Shown here in pieces: positions 40,501 to 56,919 of a stretch of 64,000 nt of DNA. Both the position numbers and the translations under genes were made by a program. The stretch lies in the NCBI RefSeq assembly GCF_009914755.1, contig NC_060928.1, one strand, 5' to 3'. Below the pieces are notes generated by a model. The model did not search any database. It worked only from the letters and a program-made list of their open reading frames with translations, and was not told the DNA's origin. This stretch comes from the human T2T-CHM13v2.0 reference genome, Homo sapiens. Position 1 is the first letter of the stretch, and the number at the start of each line of letters is the position of its first letter.

Positions 40501-41199
40501 AAGAAACTACAGGAACTTTAGAAAGCATTAGAGTCACCAGCGCTTCTTCTTAACATTCTCCAGATCCCATCCCACAAAGTTTTTGATTTAATGTAAATTA
40601 AATTATTGTCCAGAAAAAACAATTTTATAAAAATAAGCAAACTGCACGGTTATGAGTAGGTGACTGAAGGAGCATCCTGCAATAAAACAACTTAAGTGAT
40701 TATACAAAGAATTTACTTTAAAATTAATAGCTGCAAAAGGAGCTTTAAATATAAAATTGTTTCTTATTTGATCTTAAAATTTTCTTTCAGAATTTGAATC
40801 AAAAAATAGGTTCTAATTTATTTCATTTATCATCTTGTATTCCATTTTATTATCTAAGCTTCTGAAAATCAAAATTGTTACATGGTGTTTGGAAAATATT
40901 TAAGGAACTAACTCTTTTGTTAGCCTAAAACATGAGAGATAAAGTTGAATAGCTACATTATTCCACATAAGCACTATTTTATGAAGGTGTACACTGAAAT
41001 TATATAGGATTTCAATATAATTTGTGGAAAAAAAAGGTCGTGGGATTTAAGATTTAAAAATGAATTTTTGGTTATAAATATAACCAAAAATAAGGACAAA
41101 TTATGAATATCAGTTGGATAAATGCTGCTCATGTGTGTGACGCAGGTAGAAGAAACAACTATCTACCATTATTAATTTAGGCATTGCCCATGTGAGTCT

Positions 41200-42480
41200 A
41201 ATGTAATTAATACATACAGAATTCTAAGAGTGTTCCAAAATATGACTTTATACTCCCAACATGAGGAAGAAAACACCTAAATACCCGGTTCCATGATTCT
41301 GACCCCCTTTACCTCAATTTGTATAGGTCAAGTGGTCTCAGCTGGATCCCTTGGTTTCAGCTAGGTCTAAGCGTGTCTTGTCAGCTCAGTTACAGAGTCA
41401 AAATTTGCATGAGGGTTTGTTAAAACAGGTGTGACGAAACACACACACTTAAGAAAACAAAAACAAGGTAAGAACAACCAGTGCTATGTATCTGGTATAT
41501 TGGGCCCTTGACCTGAATTCCTTGATTTTTGATGAAATGTCAAGCAAATGAGATGGGATGTCTGGAAGAGCTATATTTACTAGAACTCTAGTGATAGATT
41601 GGGAACCTGAGCAATATTGCTTTTTTAGTTACATAAGAAAGTAGTCACAAAGTGAGGGAGAGTAGCAGTCTCCTCAGTAAGGCATGGCTTTGATTGACAG
41701 AAGACTACTGTGCGTATATGAGTTCTATTGAGAGCTTTAGCCCGTTGGCAGTAGTTGTCAGAATGTCATTCACATGCAGACAGGAGAGACCTCCCATGCA
41801 CATTACACTGTGTAGGTCCTCAAGACTTCAGCACTGACCATGACTAGGGTAGATGAAGGAATGTCGCTGGACATGGAGAAAACATATATGACATTATCTG
41901 TGAACTCCCTGAAATTATAGAGTAAGATATAACAGGATGGCCACAATCTCCTATTAGTATCTAAGGAAAAGATAAGCAGAGGAGCATGAGTTACATATTG
42001 CACTTTGAAAACAAGAGTCTCACCTTAAAATAAATGGTGATCTATGTACATAAGATCTGAGTATGTGTGTATAAAAATAATTGTCTGCAAGGATAGTGCC
42101 TGTCCTTAGACTATATTAAGCAATATATTACTTAGAAAAATGGTGTGGAATCCAGTGTGGAATTCTTGTTCTTGTATGATTAAGTTTTCTTTAGTTTACA
42201 GCATAATTATTTCAAAGAGCAGGTCAGAAATTATTGTCATCAACTGGATACACTGAACATATCAGTCAGTATCACCAAAGCAAACAAAATTCACAGGTGG
42301 TTCAAATGTTAGGAATTTCAAACAGAGGCATGGACAAAGTTAAGGGAGCATGTAAGGGATGCTGAGGATCTCAGACATCATCAGGACTGGGGAAGCATTA
42401 CTTCTACTGGGACTGAAATTATGTTACCAGAGATTAATGATACTGGGAGCAAAAGGAAAGGCCACCTTGTGGTGCTGTGA
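41200..42480 (-). mobile_element. Very old LTR-element remnant (internal region plus LTR; MamGyp/LTR85- or ERVL-like)
   Basis: cagaggcatggacaaagttaagggagcatgtaagggatgctgagg resembles ancient mammalian Gypsy-type LTRs; family uncertain. Confidence 0.35.
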
Positions 42481-42506
42481 AGGAATGCAATTATTGTCAA
42501 AAAAGA

Positions 42507-42797
42507 GGCTGGGCACAGTAGCTCCTGCCTGTAATCCCAGCATTCTGGGAGGCTGAGGCAGGCGGATTGACTGAGTTCAGGACGTTGAGGCCAGCCTGGG
42601 CAACATGATGAAACCCCTTCTCTACTAAAATACAAAAAATTAGCATGGTGGCACAGGCCTGTAATCCCAGCTACTGGGGAGGCTGAGGCACAAGAATTAC
42701 TTGAACCCAAGAGGTGGAGGTTGCAGTGAGCAGAGATAGCACCACTGTACACCAGCCTGGGCGACAGAGCAAGACCCCTTCTCAGAAGAAAAAAAAA
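42507..42797 (+). mobile_element. Alu SINE (older AluS/Jb-like)
   Basis: Full dimer ggctgggcacagtagctc...ggaggttgcagtgag...ccagcctgggcgacagagcaagac plus A tail. Confidence 0.95.
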
Positions 42798-43768
42798 GTT
42801 ATTGCTGAAAGGCAGTTGGTTATGGAATCTGGTGATGTAACATATCAGATCAGCCACCCTTCATCCCCACCTCAGAGAAGGGCAGAGGATTGAGAATAGG
42901 TTCTTGAAATGGAAACTGGGGATAACCCACAGAGTTTACTCTTACAGGTAATTGTTGTTTAGACAGACAATTCAGAACCTTTGTTCTCAATTGCTGGGTA
43001 ATTTCTAGAGTATCCCTTTTGTTCAGGCTACAGCAAGGGTCAAATTTTAATGCAGCCAAACTAGATATGTTTGCCTGTGCAATACCATATAACTGAAAAT
43101 TTAGCTATCGTACATTGAGCTGACTCAAATGTACATTACATGTTCTTTGTAGAATTGATTAATGAAAAACGTGTTTATATGTTAGAATATCATTTAAGAG
43201 TTAATATAATTTAAGTAGCTGAAAGAAAAAAGAAATCAAAAATGTTTAGGCAAGTGTTGTATTATATAATATCCTTTTATTCAAAACCTATTTTAAAGAC
43301 ATCTCTGTTCACATCCTAAGTGTAGACACTGTATTTTGCATGTACAGTGTCTTGATCCCTGCTATACACAAAAGCCATGGTTGAATTTACATCCACCTAC
43401 CTTGCTCAATTAGTGTATTTTTAAATAGCTAAGTAAAGCTTTTTTTTTTTAATCCAAAATAGCACCCTGTGAAATGCTTGGGTCCAAAATAGAATCTATG
43501 TGAAATCCAAAAAACCAAAATAGAATTCCTACAACTCTTGAAATCTAAAACACTTGAAAATAGCTTCAGTGGGTGTGACATATCCATCACTTTCTTATTG
43601 ACTTAGGGTTACTTCTTAGGACTTCTTTGTAGGTTACTTAAAAGTAAAAACACAAACAAATACACACCAAAAACCTCCTGCTGTAATTCCAAATATGTAG
43701 AATTTATTTCTGGATTTCAGTTATCACTAGCTTGCACCCCAGGCATGAAGTTTTGTAGATGAAGCATG

Positions 43769-43795
43769 GTGTGTGTGTGTGTGAGAGAGAGAGAG
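43769..43795 (+). repeat. (GT)n(GA)n compound microsatellite
   Basis: Direct reading. Confidence 0.9.
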
Positions 43796-44234
43796 CTTGA
43801 TTATGTAAATAGCTAGTAGATATCAGTTTAGTTAACCGATATTTTTACCAATGTAAAGCTTCCTTCAGATTGTATTTCTAATACTGGCAACAAGATGCAG
43901 TCTACGGAGTTCTTTGTGATCAAAAGTCAACTAGGGTACTGACTTCTAAGGAGACACACTTTTCCTTTTTTCCTTTATAAGGCTATACAGTACACATGTC
44001 ACTTACCATTTATTTCTAAGGGTCATCAAAAACATATTAAAGTTACAAAGCCCATGTTAAAATCTTGTTCAGCAGAGTTAGAAAGTGAATACAGAAAGAG
44101 GAAATATATTCAAGGAAAGGAAATGAAGGAAGATTAATCTAATGCTAGTAGTTGTCACTTACTAAATTATTATATATGAATCCCTTCCCCATCTCCCAGA
44201 AGCTTCATTGTTGGTGGTCTCAATCCATGCTAGG

Positions 44235-44340
44235 AAAAAAAAAAAACAAAACAAAACAAAACAACAACAACAAAAAAAAAAAAAACAACTGTGTGTGTGT
44301 TGGGAGGGGGTGTGGGGGTATGTGTGTGTTTATGTGTGAT
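44235..44340 (+). repeat. A/AAAAC-rich tract followed by a GT-rich tract
   Basis: Direct reading. Confidence 0.85.
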
Positions 44341-44489
44341 ATTCCCATCTGTATCATCTATTAACTGTGTAGCTTTGATCAAGTTATTAAAACTTCTAAG
44401 ACTTAGCTTCTTTTAGAAGTGCTGCATGGAGATGGGCTATTTTTTATTACAAACCAAGCATTTTGCACTTACAGTATCTAATCATCAGA

Positions 44490-44640
44490 GTCATACTTCA
44501 AGTCAGGTATCTTTTTCAATTTTAGAGATAATTGTATGGAGGTTCAGAGAAGAGTTGAGAACATTGCTCGGGATATGTAGGTACAAAGTGACAGAGCTGG
44601 AACTTGAACCACAGTTCTTACTGTTTTATTCTCCATTGTA
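44490..44640 (-). mobile_element. MIR
   Basis: attttagagata...gaggttcagagaag...aagtgacagagctggaacttgaaccaca. Confidence 0.75.
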
Positions 44641-46162
44641 AGCACTTATATCCAAGAAGTGGCCAGGGACAAGCACAAGGAAGCCCCATGTAGATTATAC
44701 TAATAATTGTGGCCTTTATTCTAAGAAAACAAAAAAGGCATTGTCAAGATTAATATAGGAGACTAATTGATCTGATCAATTCCGATTTTGTTTTAAAGTT
44801 TGCATTCTATGTGTAGAATAAAGAATAGATGATAGAGGGGTATGAGTGTATCTGAGGAGTTCAGTGTCTCCTTGGTGGAAATGAAAAAGAAAACAGACAA
44901 ATCTGAGAAATATTTAGCAGGACAAAGTCACCAGTTAGAACATATATTTCGAAGAGAGTACAGAGTTAGGAAAATACAGCTCCAAATAAGACACAAAATA
45001 CTTCACCAAATTGGCATCTTCCTTTTGATTATCTCTTTAAAAAGAATCTACCCATTGCTGGTGTAGTGTGCAGGAAGTAATTATCTAGTATTTATGACTA
45101 AATATATTGTACTTTTGTTTCCACTACTTTCACATTAATTTATTTCCTAGATTATAGTTGATTTTTTTTTTACTACACTTTATGGTTGTTTTCAAGAAGA
45201 TCCTTTTTTTGAACACTTACGATGTACATCTTGGTACTCTAATCTAGCTCTATTTTCTGTTAGATAATATGTCATTTTTGTCTCATCTCAAGATATGTAT
45301 AGTATTTGACAAGATTGCCTTAAGTAGCTGGAATTTTGATAGTGGCACTTCCTTGCCATTATTTTTCTTTCATTTTATACCAGGATAAATCCCTTCCTTG
45401 CTTCTGTCCTTCATCTATGTATTGGTCCTAGGTTCTGCTTTGCATATGAGCTACAAATTAGCTATGGATTGCCAAATCTAACATTGAATGACGGGTGCTT
45501 TCGATTTTCAAACTGAAGAATACTATTTTCAATGGAATTGAAATGAAAGAAAGTATAAAGACTGCTTTTATTTCACTTTTAGAATTTGCTTATTGTTATA
45601 TTTCATGAATAGTTTTATGAGTATGGGAGTTTTACAGACATTATAGATGATCCTCCCTGAGCACCAGCTAATCTTGCTGGTAAATAAATATGGATTTTGG
45701 TTCAGTTTTGGTTTTGACCAACCAAGTAGCAGATAGCATACTTACACATTCACATTTTTTAGATGATTCTATAATGTCACTCAAATAAACAGTAAATGTA
45801 TATTCAGCCTTCTTCAGATGGACTTCAATATATCAATTCATTTTTCATCAGTATACTTGTCAAAAGTATATGAAATATAAAAAAAATTACATGAATTTCC
45901 CATGAATGTTTTTAGTCATGAAATAGTATTATATATTTTAAGTATACTGTTTTCTAACAAACTTCTTTCAAACTATGCACATAATTGGAGATGAAGATCT
46001 AATAGTCTATATTATAGCATGATGTGCTGAGTATAACCCTGTAAACAAATGGGCTTCTTCAATTGCATCATACACATATACATGGAGGAAAAATTCTGAA
46101 CTTTAGCCAGGTGTTCTACAATACGACAGACAGTCTTTATTTAAAAATCTAAATTAATTTAA

Positions 46163-46230
46163 TTTTTTATACTTTTATTTTAGGTTCAGGGTTTACATGT
46201 GCAGGTTTGTTACATGAGTAAATTGAATGT
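46163..46230 (-). mobile_element. Very short L1PA13-16-like 3' end
   Basis: acttttattttaggttcagggtttacatgtgcaggtttgttacatgagtaaattg. Confidence 0.85.
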
Positions 46231-47364
46231 AAAACTGCCAAAATTTTAAATAGTTAGATTTCTTAATTACATCTTGATGGAAGACAAAAGAATTTTGTAA
46301 ACAATTAGTCCCCTGTTATGTTGTGTATCAGATAACATGTTACATTTCTCTTGTTCTGCTGACTTGAACTTATCAAGACTTGAGTGTACCTTTTTTATTT
46401 TTTTTCCTGAAGCTCTGCTACACAACAGATGGGATGTCTAACATCCTTTTCTATTTAAAACATGCAAGTTCTAATCAACAGGAGGGTTTTAGAATGTTAA
46501 ACCAGCCAGCCATAAGAAATGTGTCATGCAGTTTCCTGTCATTCTAATTAATTAGATAGCATTATTTGTTGTCCCCAATGAACCTAAATGAGCTCAATGC
46601 CAGGATAATAGCTTCATTCTTATCAAAGGTTTGTTTTCATATTATCTGCTTGGATTGAAGCAAAAAATCCAATATTCCAAGATTATCCCCGATTTATGAG
46701 GACTATGATTTATATATGAAGCCTACATATTTGAACTTAGTACTACAAGCAGCCTATTATTGCATGCTATTCTTGTTCTAAAACTACTGATGAAAAGAAA
46801 TGCTATGTAAATTATTAGTGTGCAAACTATAAATAAAATATAATATGTGAAAATTTAGCATTAGTTATTGGGAAGCAAATGAACATAAAATTAAATGTCA
46901 AATGAAAATCAGGAGACAAATTAGAAGACAAACTGTCTTAAAATATTTAATCTTAATCTGAAGGCCATCTTGTGAGATTTTAAAGTGAAGGAGGCATGCT
47001 AAGTAAAATAACAATGACAATAGGTAATTAAGCAAAAGTGAAAAATACTAATTTCACTACATGATTCCAGCAAATACATTTAGATCATTGCACCATTATA
47101 AATATTTACCTATTATTACCATCCTTAAAAATGTCTACTTACTCAAAACATTTCACTAATTATATATTTCTTCTTTCTCCCCAATAGCTGTGCTTTGATA
47201 TTTTCTGCAAATTTATTTAAATAAATAGTTTATTTAAATACATTTCAATTAGATTTCAAAAGTATAAACATATATTTACCAACACAAACTCTTATTTTTG
47301 TATATAAAAATTTAAATCATGATGTTGGTAATTGATGTAATCTCTAATAATAAATAAGATCTAG

Positions 47365-47689
<325 letters not shown>

Positions 47690-48081
47690 TGATGTGGCTT
47701 CTAAGAATATATTTGTATAATCACATTAACATCATCTAGAAATAACTGGCAACCGTAATAGAGCTTAAAAGTTGCCATGACTTTCCTATTATTGCTTTGG
47801 AAGTCTTCTACCACTGCTATGTCATAATTAAGGATTAATTGATAGAAATATGTGCTTTATCTTTGGTAGTACTTCAAAACTGTCAGCAACCAGTATATTC
47901 TCTTCAGCTCATTTATTTCAGTTGAAAGACTACTGGTTTTCTAGCATCCACATAAATTGTGCTCATGAAATCGTCCTCCATTTACATAACTGTAATTAAG
48001 CATTCTCTTCCTTAAAATTTTCAAGCCCAATTTCACATTTTCGTTGCTTTTATATTTCAGTGTCTATAATATCTACTAAGC

Positions 48082-48306
48082 CACGAGTTGACAAACTTTT
48101 TCTGTAAAGGGTCATATAGTGAACATATTAGGCTTTGCAGGCCATTCAGTCTCTGACACAACTGTTCAACTGTGCCATTGTGGTGGTGGCAAACAGCCAT
48201 AGGAAATGTGTAACTAAATGGTCATGGGTGCACTGCAATAAAAATTAATTTACCAAAGTAAGTAGTGTGTTTGATTTGGCCCACAGACTGTAGTTGGCCC
48301 ACCCTC
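48082..48306 (-). mobile_element. MER58A, full length
   Basis: gttgacaaactttttctgtaaaggg...aggctttgcaggcca...gatttggcccacagactgtagttggcccaccct. Confidence 0.9.
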
Positions 48307-49239
48307 ATGTTCTATAGTTGGCCCACCCTCATGTTAGACTGTAGTCTTCTTCTTCAGGGAAGAGACCATATCTTATTCATCTTCACCACACGGTGTCTGT
48401 CACAGGAATTTGCACATTTTAGTGCCTTCAAAATTCACTGAATTACTGGGAGACATGTTACCATAGTATAATATACTGTATAGTCAATTGTATAAGTTAT
48501 GAAGAGTACATAAAGTAAAAAAAAAAGGAGGTGATGCAGAGAAAACAGGAGTAAAATGAAAATCATATATGTTGTCATTTTAAACTATTTTCCTTATTTA
48601 GAAATTATGTTACAAGAAAAAATTAAATCAATAATAATTTATGGTGTATTTCACTGTGTTTGTGAGAATTCAGTCCTTTTCCGTGACGAGCACATAATAG
48701 AGCTAGGTAGAAAGACAGTATCCCAAACGCCTTAATAAAGTGGTGAGCACAGATCCATTGTTACACAACAACATATGAAGTACTTCCAAAAAGAATTCAC
48801 ATGTGCCTCAGACATGAGAATAGTTTTTGAAGGTTCAAAACAGTTAGTGTTTGAGACTATAGAAAGTTGGTCGCCTACTCAAAAAGAAAATGAAACACTG
48901 AAGTAGCTGCTGCTTTGAACCTTACTCTCTAAATTCGTTTAACAAATGAAGTAAAGGTACAGACTACAAATAAAGGAAGTCCTTTCATTTTCCCAAAATA
49001 TTGCTGGTAGGTATGCCATAAAGACAACTGTATTTCTTCAGACCTGGATTCCAGAATTGAACTTGTGACCAAGATTTCTGCTTTAAATAAGTCAAAATTG
49101 TGACTAGCTTTGTGTAATGCAAACAAACTTGCAACTGCGAAGTGCTTATTTATTCACAGTGGTGCACCAAGTTCCATAAAATGTGAATATGTAGTTTTAA
49201 AAATTTCAGTTATACACATCATGAGCTTGAGGAAGTGGA

Positions 49240-49360
49240 AAAACAAATATATGGAGATATTGTAGGGACAGAAGAAAATATTGGTCTGGAAGTTATATGT
49301 GAGGTCAGGGCTAAAAATACTGATTTGGGAGTCATGGATAAAGAGATCTCTTGGAGAAGG
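49240..49360 (-). mobile_element. L2 fragment
   Basis: ggtctggaag...gaggtcagggctaaaaatactgatttgggagtcat. Confidence 0.65.
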
Positions 49361-50724
49361 AGTTTTGACTTTCCTGCAGTTGGAATGATGGAGTAGAAAA
49401 TCCACCGTACAAACATTAAAAAGTATGAGGCCCACATTCGTGGTTGGTTGGTTGACTCTATGGACTTATTTCCCTGTCTTTAGACTAAGAGAGATATCTT
49501 AGAAGACCTTCAGATTCTTTTCAACAGTAAAATTATTCATTTATGCATGAGGACTCCTTCAATTTAAATGAATGCATATGTCACATTAAATGTCATAATT
49601 GAGCTTATATTCATATTTCTACCACAATAAACCATAGTAGAATATTTAATTAGGGCTTATTGTGTTTTCCCATTTAGAATTCATATGGGCTTCATGAGGT
49701 TTCAAATCCCTTAAGAAAGATGTTCAGTCAGTTAAGTTTATTTTGTTTTCTTCATTTATGTTTCCTATAAGTAAAGACATCTTTCTATTTGAGATGTTTC
49801 CGATTGAAATTTTTGCAATAATTACAATATGAATATTGGTATTAATGGTGATACTGCTAGTTTTCCTACTGGAAAGCAGATTTGCTCATGACTCATTATC
49901 AATTACATAATTTCTCATAAGAAATTGAAATGTAATATGATTTTCATACAAATCTACCTATATTTGCATAATATTAATAACAATTTTAATCTAGCTGTTA
50001 TCCTTAAGTGTAAGATATTTCAACCTAATCATCCTTAGTTCTTACAGAGTGGTTAAGCTCTTGTACTACAGTAGATATTAGCTGTTTAGTCAGAATGTGT
50101 ATGCAAGTAAAAATAAAAAGGAAACGTTTAGAACATATGCCATAGCAAAACTATTAATTAGACAAACCATTCCGACTAACTTGTTTGAAAATAAAATTTA
50201 ACCAGATTTTGCCAAAATAAAGATGTCTCATACTCTGATGATAATTATATATGTTTCCTAATTTTCTTAAAATTAAAGAATAAATATAGACAGATGATGT
50301 GGAAAGAAATTTGGAAAGCCCTAAATTAGAAGACAAAGGTAAATTTAGATCATTCCCTAAGGGTAGCACAGATATTTCTGGAATGACTGACAGACAAAAT
50401 GAGATCTTCTATAGTGTTGGTGCCAATAATGAGATAGTTAAACTCTTACCATAGGATTAAACGGAAGAAATAGCGATAAAGGTAGAATCAGAAATGTTGA
50501 AAAAAATTTTATATTTTGCTTCAAAACATGTAAAAAATATATTTACTAAAATAATTATGTTTTACTACTCTTGACTATCTTTGAAACCAACTGTGAATTA
50601 ATTCACACTGACAATAAAACAATCCAAACTGATTTCTGTAGCTTTGGAGCCTTTCATCAGGACCAGCATGTAGAAATACAAGGTGCATACAGTTCCCTCA
50701 TATAAAGGCAGTAAACATAGGGGA

Positions 50725-51294
50725 TGTATTAATTTTCTATTGCTGCATAACAAGTTTCCACAAACTAAACAACAGCTGTATTAGCTCACAATTCTAGAGG
50801 TCACAAGTCTGGCATGACATGGCTTAGTTCTCTGCTCAGGGTTATCATAAGCCTGAAATCAAGACGCTGTTCAGGCTGAGCTTTTGTCTTGAAGTTCTGG
50901 GGAAAACCTGTTTCTAGGTTCATTCCTGTGGTTAGCAGAAGTCAGTTCCCTGCGGTTGCCATTCTCCGGTCCCCCCTTTCCCTCACTGCTGTTGGATGAA
51001 GACTGCTCTTAGCTGCTGGAGCCTCTCTCTCTCCCTTGGCAATTCAGAAGAGTTGGATGTCTGATTTCTTCCAGACTGAGCACAGTTCATCTCTGTGACT
51101 TCTGTTCTGTGACCAACTAGAAAAGAATCTCTGCTTCTAAAAGGTTCATGTGATTAGAAAAGGCACAGCCAAATTGTCTTTCTATTTGAGGTCAACTGTG
51201 CTATATAACATAACCTAATCAAAGTAGTAATATTTATTAAATGCACAGTTCCAAGGATTATACAGGGTGCCATTGTAGAATTCTGCTTATCACT
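50725..51294 (-). mobile_element. MLT1E-like MaLR solo LTR next to a MIR
   Basis: tgtattaattttctattgctgcataacaa...tctctgctcaggg...tagaattctgcttatcac; MIR-like sequence follows at 51295-51480. Confidence 0.85.
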
Positions 51295-52235
51295 GGACTC
51301 TGGAACCTGAGGACCTGTCTTTACATCTTGGCTCTGCTGATTTCTAGTGTGATCATGAGAAGTCTTATGATTTATTCCTTCCTCAGACTTATTTGTAAAA
51401 TTGGCATAATACTATCGTGAGAAGTTTACACTGATATTAACTCCTGAATTCATGTTGGTTAGCTATTATCATTAATTTACAAGTATAGACAATGGGGAGA
51501 AGAAATGGTATGAACAAATACTTCAAAGTGAGCCTGTCCTTGAAATAAAGATGAAATGAGATACATCTGTTTGTCCTTCTCTCTTAGCGCATTTCAGTTT
51601 CTATGACCCTCCCGTGATGAAAGTATCTTGCAACACTAAAGTTCTAGAATTAAAAATATGAATTTTGGGTACAATTTCACAACTAAATATGACCAAAGCA
51701 ACCCCTTCATCTGCCATACCTGGGGAAAACAATGATCTTTTATAGTATTGGAGGTAAACTGGTTAATAGACTTAGAAAGAGTGCATCCATCAACAAAGGT
51801 CAAAAAATAAATAAAAAGGAATTTTCAAGGTTAACAGTGCACTTATCTGAAATTTAATTTATGCACTGAATTTATATAATCACCCCTGAAAGAGATATGA
51901 CTTCATTTGTAAGTTCAAATTGATCTAACTACAGAAGCCAAAATTAAACAATTTTACAGCCCTGTTCTTTTGACTACATAAAATGCATTTTCATAAAATG
52001 ACTACTGTTATATATCTTTCCTCCCTTTCAGAATTATCTATTAATGATTTTATAAAAGTGGTTGCTTGGCCTAACTAAAACACGTACATCTTTTGGTATC
52101 TTAATACCTTCATGAAAAACAGTCTCCACTCTGCACTGAAGTTCTGCCTTATTCTCTGTGATACATGCCCCCTACCGTGGTTATGACTTTGAGGGTATTT
52201 AAATAGCCCGAGATTTACAATAAAAAATGTGATGG

Positions 52236-54044
<1,809 letters not shown>

Positions 54045-56919
54045 AAAAAATGTGATGGGTTTGAAGGCTGTTGCATTCAAGTTCTATTTCCATGTTTTAC
54101 TCCTGGCATTAGAGCCTGACTTGATTAGCTGGTCAACCATCCTAGGAGCTGGGAACTTGTTGCCTTTTGAGATTCAACTTTGATGTTGATTCCTGAAATC
54201 TGTGGGTTTATTGATAAAAAACTTGAATAAGAAATAATAACTACGTTTGGAGCTCTTGCTGCTAAACTCTGTTCATCTATTAGGGTGCCTCTTTTCTATC
54301 TAGGGTCAGTTCAAATTTTTCAGGTTGCTGGTTTCTGGGGGCTAGATTAAATTTTGTCTAAGCTGCTTTAGCCAACTGCCTTGCCCTATCCCGGCTGATG
54401 ATTCTCTTTCTTCTGTCAGCCCTGGTAGATTCCGTAGTCCCATTGTTCTTAATCAGGTCTTGCCTATCTTTGGATAAGTGTTAATAAATGTGGCCTAACT
54501 GCACAGTACTAAATTGTAGAGAAGCAATACCAGCATAAGGACAGATAAAACTGTGTTCTGCATTACTCTAATCCAACAGTGAATACTAAGACATATTTTT
54601 GTTTGTTGAGGTGCTGTTAACGCTTTTAATATAATCAATGAGAGCCTGTCATTGAATGCTGTTAAAATGGACTAGAACACTTCACAGATTACATTTTCAA
54701 TACTGTTGTGTTTTTCTCCATACAGTTATGCCTAAAGCAAGCATCAGCCATTGGTTGATGGTTTATATTAAAATCAAGAGAATCTCTATCTAAGCACAGG
54801 GTTTTTTGCCTCTATTTATTGAGATATTATTCATAGACCACCTGTGGTAATAAATACCTAAATTTTTGTATTTATTAAGTTGGTAGGATTTATTATTAGG
54901 ATTTATTTTATTTGTTTAATGCAAATTGTCTGATCCCATTACATTTAGACTGAATCAATATTTGGATTCAGCCAGCTCACTAGATGATTTCTTTATCTAT
55001 TGCCTAGGACAACGCTGGCAAAAATTCAACAGCCCTATAATAAAATATAAAAATTCTAACAAATACTTCCTTCAGACTCCAAGTCTATTCGTTTGCTACT
55101 ATATATTATAGAAAAAATATAAAGTGCAAATTACAGTAATTAAACCTATTCTGAATTTTCAAGACATTCTGCTTCATTTGGAACAATTATTTTTGTGGGT
55201 TTTTTATGTCAGTTATACAAAATAGGAGATTATTATATAGATGCTGAGAAAAGGAAATGAAAACATTTATACCTGGCTTGGGTCATGTCATAGAACTTTC
55301 TGGGATCAACAAAGTTCAAATAATCATATCCCCGAAAAATGACTGACATCAGCCTTCAGTCTCACACTATGATTTTATTTTTGTAAATTTTGAAATCATA
55401 CATTAATGTATGCCCCAATGCCTAGACAAGGGATGACTCTGTTTATGAGAACTAAGCCTCTCTAGCTATAAGCAGAACTGTGATGTGAGGGTAGTATTTT
55501 ATTGAAGGATTCAGAAAGACAGGTTAGGAATGTACAGAATCATTATGAGTTAGTTTGCACAAAGGCATACAAATATATACACAGAAAAACTGTGTAACTT
55601 GAGCAGTTACATAAATCATGCTGATCTAACAAGCTTCAAACAAGTGGAAGTCAGGCCCTTGTCTTGTCTCTAAAGGCATTCTTTGCCTTTTGGTTGAACC
55701 CCTCTCTTCCCAAGCAGAGTTGACCTCAGACTTCTCTCTAACATTGATCTCCAATAGCTAGGTAACAAAGGTAAATTCAGTAAAGGCATTACTGTCATCC
55801 TGGGAAATTGGAGGGTGAGCTACAACGCCTATGCAGCAAAGCTGAGTAAACCAGAAATAAGAAAGATAAACAATCACTGGACACATTCCTCTCACACAAA
55901 CGCATTCTCATCAAGTTGCTACAGCCACAGGGTCCCAAAGGAGGAACTGGCAAGAAAAACACAAATGAAAAAATAAAACCTATTCACAATTTCAGTGTTT
56001 GTTGAGACAAAGTAATTACAGAACTATCAGGCCCAATTACAAAGCACATAGAGTCAATGGGCATAAAGTATTTAGAAAGCCAAGTAGAGAAGCTATTTGA
56101 CCAGCATCCTTCCATTCAGTGCAACCCAGCTCAGGGGCCTCTTGCTCCCGGTTTGTAAGTCAGAAAACTACAATGTATAATTGCATTGCTTGTTCACTCT
56201 GCCCTTAAACATTTACCACAGAGAATTAATTTCTCCATGAGATCTTCTATTGCAACTTAGAAAATGCTGATTATTTGCTCCATTCCCATTGCAGGGATTT
56301 CCTTCTTTTTCATAAATTCTCTCCTTTCCTTCTCTTAATATTTTGATTTATGCAATGCACATGTCAATCTAATGTTTCATAAAGATTTTGCATCAACATC
56401 TTTTGCAAAATGTATATTCTATACATATTTTGAAATCTTGAGTACATTCAGAACTAATATTAGAAGATTAATTATAAAACTCCAACTCCATCTCCATTTC
56501 TAAAATATGTACAAACATAGGCCATGATCCCAGAGATATACTGCACGGAATGTCAGATTTTTCAGTTTCCACCTATGCTAGAATCTAATCTCTAAGTAAC
56601 TTGGCAATGATTAAAAAATACAATAAAATATTGCTTGTAGTAATTTTATTTACAACAGAATAATAATGGCAATTGACATCTGGGACTGTGATAAATACAT
56701 GTTACAAAAACCTCTACATATGTTATTTCATGTGATTCTTTGATTCCTGTAACTTTTCTTTTTTTTGAAGTCTTGGACAGTATGATCCTCCTCTCAGTTG
56801 GAGAAATAGGAGCTAAATTAAGAGACTTTCCATAAATTTTCAGAAAGGAAATGCAACAGGCATTAAAACCTGTTTCTTTGTACATATAACTTATCAAAAG
56901 TTTAATTCTTTACTTAAAA

